From the IMG/VR virus record IMGVR_UViG_3300002835_000007, positions 141,932 through 205,931 of that record: 64,000 nucleotides of DNA; one strand, given 5' to 3'. This document shows positions 29,660 through 37,800 of this stretch, piece by piece. How positions within the stretch are numbered: position 1 is the stretch's first letter; every line of letters starts with the position of its first letter. Both the position numbers and the translations under genes were made by a program. The notes under the pieces are model-generated. The model worked only from the letters and a program-made list of their open reading frames with translations. It had not been told where the DNA came from and made no database searches.

Positions 29660-29688
29660 AATATACTAACAAAATACGAATAAATCAA
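29660..29688 (-). promoter_or_regulatory. host-type promoter TTGATT-N17-TATATT
   Basis: Same hexamers and spacing as the helicase promoter. Confidence 0.65.
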
Positions 29689-29691
29689 TAT

Positions 29692-30150
29692 TTATTTTTG
29701 AAGTTTTTCAAAAACTTCAGATTTATTTATAGGTGCATATAAATGGTTTTCTTGTTCATTTAAAACACTTGGTGGTACACTAGGTGTTATTGGTTTTTTA
29801 GTTTCCAAATCATCCATAAAATCTTTAGCGTTACTTAAAATTTCTTTAATGTTTTTAGTTCCTTTTTCTTTTTTATGCGTTTCTATTCTTTCATTATCAA
29901 CAATAGCTATTTCATCTTCATCTCTTTCACCATGCGGAACCAAAGTAGGTCTACCCATTGTTGTTCGTCTCATTCTGTCCATAAGTTCAGTACGTTTCAT
30001 AACGTCCAAGATATGTTTAGCTGATTCATCTTCTTTAGGTGTTTCAGTTAATACTTGTTTAGATTCAACTTTAAGTTCTTCTTTTTCATCTTCTCTTAAT
30101 AACTCAATCATAAAGTTAAATAAAAGTTTAATATCGTCTTTTCTACTCAT
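29692..30150 (-). CDS. hypothetical charged protein
   Basis: 152 aa, coupled to the upstream gene. Confidence 0.65.
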   Translation of the reverse strand: MSRKDDIKLLFNFMIELLREDEKEELKVESKQVLTETPKEDESAKHILDVMKRTELMDRMRRTTMGRPTLVPHGERDEDEIAIVDNERIETHKKEKGTKNIKEILSNAKDFMDDLETKKPITPSVPPSVLNEQENHLYAPINKSEVFEKLQK

Positions 30151-31421
30151 TATGCTATTTCTTTTTCTTCTTTTGTTATTGTTTTTTGTTTAGCAGCAAT
30201 AAGGTTTAAATACAATTCACGTCTTTGTTCGGTTACTTTATTCAATGAATAAGTATCTTTAACTGTGTTGTGTAAATTATCTTGTAATTGTTTAACAATA
30301 TCTTGATTTTGAATTAATTTTTTAATTGACGCATACCAATCTTTATGGTTTTTAACTTCATCAATCAAGATGCCATTACCATCTTCTTCAAACCCACCAC
30401 CAAATTTAACAGCGTTTTTAATATCTATTGTATAAGGTCCAAAATTTTGAGCGATAATTGCTTTATGGTGGAAACCAGCTTCAATTACTTTTAATTGACT
30501 TTTAACCTTATTAAAGATATTTTCTTCTAGCGGTGCTAACGATACGTCAAATAAATTATAGTTAGTAGCGTAAGTAGAAATAGGTTTAGTCCAAACACGT
30601 CTATACGCTTCGTTATTAATCCCTTCAAATTCAGAATTAGGTATAAATTTCATTAAGAAATCTTTATATTCTGGACTAACTGATTTATAGTCATCAGTAA
30701 AGATTCTTTCATATGAATACCAAACACTTTCCATTGGGCTAATGTTTCTAGTTCTTTGTTCACCAGTTGTTGGGTCAATTTCAGTGTGGGTTCCTCTAAT
30801 ATCAAATCCACATAACACAAATTGAACTTTATCAATTAATTTATCTGTTGTAAGTTTAGCGACAATACCTTTTAAAATTTCTAAATCTTTTAAATGCGAT
30901 GAACCACCTAACCACCCAATTCTAAGTCTTCCATTTGATGGTTCTAAGTTAGGGGTGAATTGTTTTTCTGTTGGTTCGATTGCGTTAGCTAAAACGTGAA
31001 CATTTTTATTAAATTTAGCAATTTCATTAGCGAATAAAGTTGTTGTAGTTGTTACATTTTCAGCTAATTTAATGTTATTTAAAATCATCTCATCGATTTT
31101 ATGTGCTTTGATTAAATGATACGCTGGGTGATGTTCACCTGGAGACCAATAATCATCTAAATCCATAATGGTAACAATACCTAAAGATTTTAATTTTTCT
31201 AATAACGGACCCATTTGTTCATAATTACCTAATGTTCTATGGTAATGGATAATATCATATTGTTTTAACCATTCGTCATTGTTTAATTGTGGCTCATAAT
31301 CAACGTCAACGTGAAATTCAGTTGGGTAGTTATTTTCTAATGCGATATGAGGGTTTGTGCTTCTGTAATATGAAACACCAGTTCTGTCACTTGGTACTAC
31401 TAGTACTTTTAATTTTTTCAT
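30150..31421 (-). CDS. glycosyltransferase, GT-B (GT4-like)
   Basis: GVSYYRS..PH, DLDDYW, IGWLGGSSH, DVSLAPL..FN.VKS.LKVIEAG. Confidence 0.85.
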   Translation of the reverse strand: MKKLKVLVVPSDRTGVSYYRSTNPHIALENNYPTEFHVDVDYEPQLNNDEWLKQYDIIHYHRTLGNYEQMGPLLEKLKSLGIVTIMDLDDYWSPGEHHPAYHLIKAHKIDEMILNNIKLAENVTTTTTLFANEIAKFNKNVHVLANAIEPTEKQFTPNLEPSNGRLRIGWLGGSSHLKDLEILKGIVAKLTTDKLIDKVQFVLCGFDIRGTHTEIDPTTGEQRTRNISPMESVWYSYERIFTDDYKSVSPEYKDFLMKFIPNSEFEGINNEAYRRVWTKPISTYATNYNLFDVSLAPLEENIFNKVKSQLKVIEAGFHHKAIIAQNFGPYTIDIKNAVKFGGGFEEDGNGILIDEVKNHKDWYASIKKLIQNQDIVKQLQDNLHNTVKDTYSLNKVTEQRRELYLNLIAAKQKTITKEEKEIA

Positions 31422-31455
31422 AAAATTTATTTAAAAACTTTTTATTAATATTTTA

Positions 31456-31483
31456 ATTATAAGAATAAAATTTTATATGTAAA
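31456..31483 (-). promoter_or_regulatory. possible host-type promoter TTTACA-N16-TATAAT
   Basis: Just downstream of a terminator, at the head of the GT4 operon. Confidence 0.45.
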
Positions 31484-31484
31484 T

Positions 31485-31513
31485 AAAAAAGGGGTCTTTA
31501 AACCCCTTTTTTT
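31485..31513. terminator. intrinsic terminator (symmetrical)
   Basis: A6-GGGGT-CTTTAA-ACCCC-T7. Confidence 0.85.
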
Positions 31514-32102
31514 ATATTTTTTTCTTTGTTTGTAATTTACCTTCTTTTATCAGTAAATTTATTGTCTTTGCAATTGTGGTTTCTGTTATTCTTTTTTCGT
31601 AAGATTCTTTAAAGTATTCAGCAACCGCTTCCTTAACCATAGACTTTAACATGTTAGGGTCTATAGTCATTTGTTGTTGGTAACTACCAGAAGATTCACG
31701 TAATGGAACACTTGGTGATTTAAATTTAGATTGTGGTTTTTCAACCAATTCACCTAAGTCTTCCAATGAAAAACTAGATGGTGGTCCTTGTAATTGTGGT
31801 ATTGGATTTTTAATCATAGCCTCTTTTATCGCTTGAGGCAAATTTGAAGCCATTACTTGTTCAGCTGTATACATTTGTGGTTGCATACTAGATGATGATT
31901 GTGGAGAAAATTGTTCATAAATTGGTTCTCTTTCATCTCTTTCATCATAAGCTGGTTGTTGATAACTATCGTAGTCTTCTCTAACAGATTTATTACTAGA
32001 TTTTATTGGAGTAGTGTTTTCTTCTACTTTGTTCATAACAGTTTTAGCCTTTGCTAAAATACTTTTAAGTGCTGCTAAATTAACTGGTGCTGGTGTATCC
32101 AT
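31512..32102 (-). CDS. hypothetical protein, possible internal head/core protein
   Basis: 196 aa, disordered S/Q/P-rich; VRE, LRE, IKE motifs. Confidence 0.65.
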   Translation of the reverse strand: MDTPAPVNLAALKSILAKAKTVMNKVEENTTPIKSSNKSVREDYDSYQQPAYDERDEREPIYEQFSPQSSSSMQPQMYTAEQVMASNLPQAIKEAMIKNPIPQLQGPPSSFSLEDLGELVEKPQSKFKSPSVPLRESSGSYQQQMTIDPNMLKSMVKEAVAEYFKESYEKRITETTIAKTINLLIKEGKLQTKKKI

Positions 32103-32103
32103 A

Positions 32104-32895
32104 TTATACGTTATTTAGTTCATCTTTATTTTCTATATCATTATTTTCTATCTCACCATCTTGTGGTTCTTGAGTTTGTTTTTGTTGCAACTGTTTTTGT
32201 TGCAACTGTTTTTGTTGTTGTCTTTCTTTAAATTTATCAAACTCTACTTTTTGTAATTCTTTTTTCTCTACGTCTTGTTGTTGTTGTGCTGCTTGTTGTC
32301 TATTACCAAAGTTTTGTTTTTGTTGTTGTAATCTTGCTTGTGTATCTTTTTCGGCTTTTTGTTTTTGTTTTTCTTTATTAGCTACAGTACTATCAGCGTA
32401 TTGATATGAACCAAGAGCAGCAATTTTTTCTGTACTTTTCACAGATGGTGAATTATTACCAGTCTTATTAAATCTTGCAATTATCGGTGTACCATCTGCT
32501 CTATAACCAGAAGTATAAGGTTTTGGTTCTTGATAAAAAGGCACTTTTGAAACTTTAATATCACTCATTCTGTTCAAATCAAATTTTTTCCAACCAGTAG
32601 CACTACGTGCTTCATTTGATGGACTTGAAGATTTACCGTTTTTAGAAACTTGGTACGCATCAATTAATCCGTTATCAGCTGTTGAGACATTTCTTTGAGT
32701 TACTTGAACCCATCTATTAGAAACTTCACCATCTTTTCCTTGATAATTAAACGACACGTAATAAAATTTACCTTGTTTGTTTGGGTCACCATTCAAAATA
32801 TTATCAACATCACTAGTTGACACCGCTTCGTTTAGTTGTGTCAACCTAATGATTTCTTCTAATATAACTGATTGATATAGATTGTAAAGTTTCAT
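32104..32895 (-). CDS. WYL-like domain protein with Gln/Lys-rich tail
   Basis: VSFNY..G..S.RWV...LIDAYQ...GWKKFDLNRMSDIKV resembles the WYL Sm-like fold. Confidence 0.55.
   Translation of the reverse strand: MKLYNLYQSVILEEIIRLTQLNEAVSTSDVDNILNGDPNKQGKFYYVSFNYQGKDGEVSNRWVQVTQRNVSTADNGLIDAYQVSKNGKSSSPSNEARSATGWKKFDLNRMSDIKVSKVPFYQEPKPYTSGYRADGTPIIARFNKTGNNSPSVKSTEKIAALGSYQYADSTVANKEKQKQKAEKDTQARLQQQKQNFGNRQQAAQQQQDVEKKELQKVEFDKFKERQQQKQLQQKQLQQKQTQEPQDGEIENNDIENKDELNNV
32180..32225. repeat. 15-nt coding tandem repeat (QQKQL)
   Basis: tgttgcaactgtttt repeated. Confidence 0.7.
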
Positions 32896-32907
32896 TAATT
32901 ATTTTTT

Positions 32908-33366
32908 TTAAAATATAATTTTTCCAGTGTTAAACGCTGTTAAGGAAGGTTTAGCATATTGAAAACCAATACTAGGACCTGGAGTTGGACCAGGACCATA
33001 ACCAAATGTGGTACTATTAAGTTGTAATTGTGCGTTACGTCCAGAATCCGTAATTCCTAAAACACCGTCTCTATCTTCTTTACTACCACCATCATAATTT
33101 AATCTAGCAACAACACCTTTATATGTGTTTGTAACGTCTATTTGTTGATTTGTACCTTTACCGTAACTAGGTGTTATTGTATCAGCTTTAGCGTTTGTAT
33201 GTGTTAGACTATATATACCACCAAACATACCAGTAATGGCTGGATTTTTGTAAGGGCCAACATATACTTTACCAGTACCAACTTTAGATTGTTGAATTAA
33301 CCATAAACGTTGAGCTATTGCTGCTTTTTCTAACGGAGTTTGACCGTAAATATAAGGAGTTGGCAT
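32908..33366 (-). CDS. hypothetical G/T/Y/P-rich protein, paralogue A
   Basis: Begins MPTPYIYGQTPLEK, identical to the neighbour. Confidence 0.75.
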   Translation of the reverse strand: MPTPYIYGQTPLEKAAIAQRLWLIQQSKVGTGKVYVGPYKNPAITGMFGGIYSLTHTNAKADTITPSYGKGTNQQIDVTNTYKGVVARLNYDGGSKEDRDGVLGITDSGRNAQLQLNSTTFGYGPGPTPGPSIGFQYAKPSLTAFNTGKIIF

Positions 33367-33372
33367 ATATTA

Positions 33373-33849
33373 TTAAATAATATTTACTTGTCCTTTATTA
33401 GCTGTCATATCTGGTTGTTTATCGTACTCTTTGTAATTTAATACTTTAGTACCATATCCCCATGTAGTAGAGTTTAAAAGTTGTTGTTTTTCTCTACCAA
33501 GTCCACCATTAGTTACATTTCCTTTTATATCTTCTAAACTACCACCAGCATAATTAATTCTAGCAGTAACACCTTTATATGTGTCTACAACATCAATTTG
33601 GTTACCAGTACCTTTACCTAAATAAGGTGATACTGTGTCAGCTTTAGCGTTTGTATGTGTTACACTATATTTATCACCTTGATTACCAGTAATATCTGGG
33701 TTTTTATATGGTCCAGCATATGGGTATTTACCAGTACCAACTTTAGATTGTTGAATTAACCAAAGTCTACCAGAGTTACCATATGATGGATTACCATTTA
33801 TTGCGAATTTTTCTAACGGAGTTTGACCGTAAATGTAAGGAGTTGGCAT
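33373..33849 (-). CDS. hypothetical G/T/Y/P-rich protein, paralogue B
   Basis: Shares RLWLIQQSKVGTGK, THTNAKADT and TYKGV.AR.NY.GGS.ED with A. Confidence 0.75.
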   Translation of the reverse strand: MPTPYIYGQTPLEKFAINGNPSYGNSGRLWLIQQSKVGTGKYPYAGPYKNPDITGNQGDKYSVTHTNAKADTVSPYLGKGTGNQIDVVDTYKGVTARINYAGGSLEDIKGNVTNGGLGREKQQLLNSTTWGYGTKVLNYKEYDKQPDMTANKGQVNII

Positions 33850-33853
33850 AATT

Positions 33854-34276
33854 TTATAAATTTATTTTTTTGTTATTGTTATTCATGTACTCTATTAAAT
33901 ATTTCATTGTTGAAATTTCTTCCTTTAAAGCGTCAGAAATAGATAAAATAGTACCGTTTTTATCATGACTTTTTTTAGCAACATTAGGTGTTGGTACTTC
34001 TGTAGGGTTTTTTTCCTTTTGATGAACGTTTTTTGGACTAGTAACGTCTTGAACATTTCTTTTTAATTCGTCTTTTTTTTGTTCTTGGTGAACTAAGTTT
34101 TCGACTTCTCTTAATCTATTTTCACCACCTAATCTATTATATTCAGAACAATTTTTCTGTACTTCACATAACTCTTTAGCTTGTTTTAAACGTGTTTCTT
34201 CAGTAGCATAAGCTTTATACTTCTTTGTTTCGTTGTCTATAGTTAAATTATTATCTTTTATTGCTCTGTTAGCCAT
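33854..34276 (-). CDS. hypothetical protein, possible internal head protein
   Basis: 140 aa; C-terminal LKEEISTMKYLIE. Confidence 0.65.
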   Translation of the reverse strand: MANRAIKDNNLTIDNETKKYKAYATEETRLKQAKELCEVQKNCSEYNRLGGENRLREVENLVHQEQKKDELKRNVQDVTSPKNVHQKEKNPTEVPTPNVAKKSHDKNGTILSISDALKEEISTMKYLIEYMNNNNKKINL

Positions 34277-34277
34277 G

Positions 34278-34769
34278 TTAAATGTTTTTTGTTTTTGAAG
34301 GGTTATTCTTTTTGTCTTCTAAAGCTTTTAACAATTGTTCTATTTGTTCTTCAGATAATTCTAAATCAGAAATTTTATCCATAACTTTTTCAACATCTGG
34401 GTTATAGTTTTTAGGTTTTACATCTGAATCTTTACCTTTTTTTACTAAGTCTTCAATTAATTCTTCAATATTTTCTTTTGTTAAAATGTTTTTTTTATTT
34501 TCAGATAAACCATAATTAAGTGTAATACCACCAGTTCTAATACCACCAAAGCTGTAAACAGCAAACCATGGAATATTTTGTCTATATCTACCAAAAACTA
34601 CATCAGTAAATGTTGAAATACCCTTTTCGTAAGTAGAATCGTCATTATAAGGTTTTTCAATAGGTCCAGTTTGTATTTCTCTATTGCCTATGATGTTTAT
34701 ATCACTTCCGCTGCTAGTGAAATCACCACCTACTAATTCATCTAATTGTTTTTTAGTTATTCTTTTCAT
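34278..34769 (-). CDS. hypothetical protein, possible internal head protein
   Basis: 163 aa; first gene after a late motif; LDE, LSE motifs. Confidence 0.65.
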   Translation of the reverse strand: MKRITKKQLDELVGGDFTSSGSDINIIGNREIQTGPIEKPYNDDSTYEKGISTFTDVVFGRYRQNIPWFAVYSFGGIRTGGITLNYGLSENKKNILTKENIEELIEDLVKKGKDSDVKPKNYNPDVEKVMDKISDLELSEEQIEQLLKALEDKKNNPSKTKNI

Positions 34770-34784
34770 AAAAAATCTTTATTT

Positions 34785-34815
34785 ATAAATATATTCATTT
34801 CTTTTAATATTTATA
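34785..34815. promoter_or_regulatory. back-to-back late promoters
   Basis: ATATTTAT on minus (34785-34792) and ATATTTATA on plus (34807-34815) between divergent genes. Confidence 0.65.
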
Positions 34816-34829
34816 ATAAAAAGAATAAA

Positions 34830-37800
34830 ATGAGTGGATTTAGAACAAAATTAGATTTTTCAGACAATAGACAAGCAAAACAAAGACCTATAACTAGAAC
34901 AGTTTTATCTGGTGGTACGTCATTTGGTTTACCTTTTAATTTGTTACCTAGTGGACCAAATTTAACAACTAGTGCTATTACTGGAAATTATACTTATATA
35001 GCAAGTACGTTTTCTGGTAATAATACAACAACAGTTTATAATTGGTCAGACCCAAGAATGCAATTAGGTGTTTCAGCTTTATCTGCGTTAACTTCATCAA
35101 CATCTGGTTTAACACAAAATACTGGTGCTGTTTGGACACCTAATACAACAACAGTAATCGATGGGAACACAGTTGCTTTGACTTATTCTGGTGTTAATTT
35201 TGACATTTCAGTAGTAACAATAGCACAATTAACTCCATCAACATATAGTGGTACTATAACAACAAATAACTTTGATGTTTATACTGCTTCAACGTTAGAT
35301 TATACTGGTAGAACAATATGGGTTGATGTTTCTGGTATAACTAGAACTGAAAAATTAATAATTTCAGATAATCCACAAGTTGGATATGTTTGGACTTGTT
35401 TGGATTCAGAAGGTATGGGTGGTTGGGTTTTTAATTCAAGTGCCACAACAGCAACAATATGGACTGCTGGTACTGGTGCTAATTCAGCTGTATTAGGTGG
35501 TTCTAATGGTATTGCCAGTGGTTCTACTTCTGTATCTGAAGGTGTTAATACAAGAGCTGGTGGTATAGCTTCACACGCTGAAGGTGGTGGTACACAAGCG
35601 TTAGGTGATTTGTCTCATGCTGAAGGTGAAGATACAATAGCTAGTAATACAGCAGCACATGCTGAAGGTGTTAATACAATTGCAAGTGGTGTTTATTCAC
35701 ATGCTGAAGGTAGTAATACAATAGCTAGTAATGCTAGAAGTCATGCTGAAGGTTATTTATCAATAGCAAGTGGTGTTGTTTCTCACGCTGAAGGTGAGAG
35801 TACAACCGCAAGTGGTGGTAATTCGCATGCTGAAGGTCATAGTACAATAGCGAGTGGAAATACATCACATGCTGAAGGTGGTAATACGGTAGCTGGTGGT
35901 GGTTATTCACATGCTGAAGGAAAAGATACAATAGCTAGTGGTTATAGAAGTCATGCTGAAGGTAATATTACTATTGCAAGTGGTGATACATCACATGCTG
36001 AGGGTTCTGGTTCGATAGCTGGTGGTGATAGTTCGCATGCCGAAGGTTCTAATACAATAGCTTCTGCGTCTCAATCACATGCTGAAGGTTCTAGTACAAT
36101 CGCAAGTGGTTCTACATCACACGCTGAGGGTCAAAATACAATAGCTGGTGGTAGTGTATCTCACGCTGAAGGTAGTGGTACAATAGCTAGTGGGTTTGCA
36201 TCCCATGCTGAGGGTAGTGACACAATAGCGTATGGTACAAATTCACACGCTGGTGGTTATAGTTCACGTACTGACAGTAATTATAGTTTTATTCATTCGA
36301 ATCAATCAGTTATATCTAGTGGGGGTGAAAACAGTTATATTTTAGGTGGTAAAGAGAATTATATAGAATTATCCGATTATTCTGGTATTTTAGGTGGTAG
36401 ATATAATATTTTAGGTATAGCTCAACCAGGTTTTAACGCAAATGCTGAAAATTCTTTTATTGGTGGTGGTTATTCCAATATTATTTATGAGGCAACAAAT
36501 AACTCAACAATATTGGGTGGTAGAGAGAATGAAATACATAAATATAGTAATGACTCAGCTATAGTTGGTGGTCGTAATAATGAGATATCTGGTGGTTCGA
36601 TTAGTTCTGGTATTTTTGTTGGTACTGGTAATACAATATCTAATATTTCTAAATACGCTGCAATCATTGCTGGTCGAAACAATACAATTTCTGGTCACTC
36701 AAATTCAGTAATAGTTGGAGGTTTTAATAACTTTATTGATTTCTGTTTAAATAACTATGGTGATTCATCTAATGAATCTATAATTGGTGGTGCTAATAAT
36801 TCAATTTATGTTGCTGATAATTCATTTATTGCTGGTGGTAATAATAACTTAATTGATGGTAGAACAGCTGGTATAGGTAGTGTTAGTAGTTTTATACTAG
36901 GTGGTGTGAATTGTTCTGCTTTTACTAGTGTTCGTTCTGGTATAATTGGTGGTCTTAATAATAGTATAAAACCTTCTTATTGTAGTTATGTTTCAAGTTC
37001 AATTATTATTGGTGGTGAGGAAAATGAATATAATCCTAGTACCAGTCTTATTAGTGGTAGTGGTGCTAGAGTTACAATTATTGGTGGGTATCAAAATAAA
37101 GTAACTGGTGAAGGTGTTTCTGATGTTTCAATATTTGGTGGATATAAGAATCTTTATACTAGTCATGTTGGTAATGGTGGCAATGCTAATACTATTGTAG
37201 GTGGGTCTGGGAATACTATGAATAGTAGGTCCACTTATTTTGGTCAAGACATATCTTATGCTAGTATTTTAGGTGGTGCTGGAAATAATATATCTTCTGA
37301 TGTTAGTGTTGCTTCAGTATTACAATTATCTAGTTATTCTAATATAACTGGTGGTTTTGAAAACACTATAACTGGTAGTTCTAATTCGTTTATTGGTGGT
37401 GGTACTGGAAATGTTATTAAAGACGCTGCAAATGATTCAGTAATATTAGGTGGTAAACTAAACAGTATCGAAAGAGGATTTGCTAATTATGCTACTACTA
37501 TTAGTTCAGCAATAATTGCTGGGTCTGGTAATACAATTAATGGTCATTTTTATTCAGCTATATTGGCTGGTATGGGTAATACTATACATTTTGATTTAGC
37601 TGGAACTGAAGGAAAGAGTAATGAAACTATTTTAGGTGGTGCTTTTAATACTATATCTGCATCAACATCTTCTAGTATCGTTGGAGGGACATATAATGAA
37701 ATACAAAATTACACTTCGTCAATTATTTTAGGTGGATTACGTAATAGATTGCTTGATTTTAGTACTGACACCATTTATAATTCTGGTACTGGTGGTGACA

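Noticed and set aside
7326-31421. Bacterial chromosome capsule locus or eukaryotic giant virus origin
   Set aside because: Flanked by phage sigma, baseplate, neck and tail genes; no export genes; bacterial-type promoters and terminators; no NCLDV hallmark genes.
34746-34829. N-terminal extension of the 1639-aa ORF, and similar extensions at 11804, 18793, 20442 and 29096
   Set aside because: They overlap neighbouring genes or promoters; downstream ATGs fit the late motif or stop-start coupling better.
35535-36257. Regularly spaced catgctgaagg repeats resembling a CRISPR array
   Set aside because: Period is exactly 42 nt, in frame inside a long ORF, with synonymous variation and conserved spacer residues: a protein repeat.
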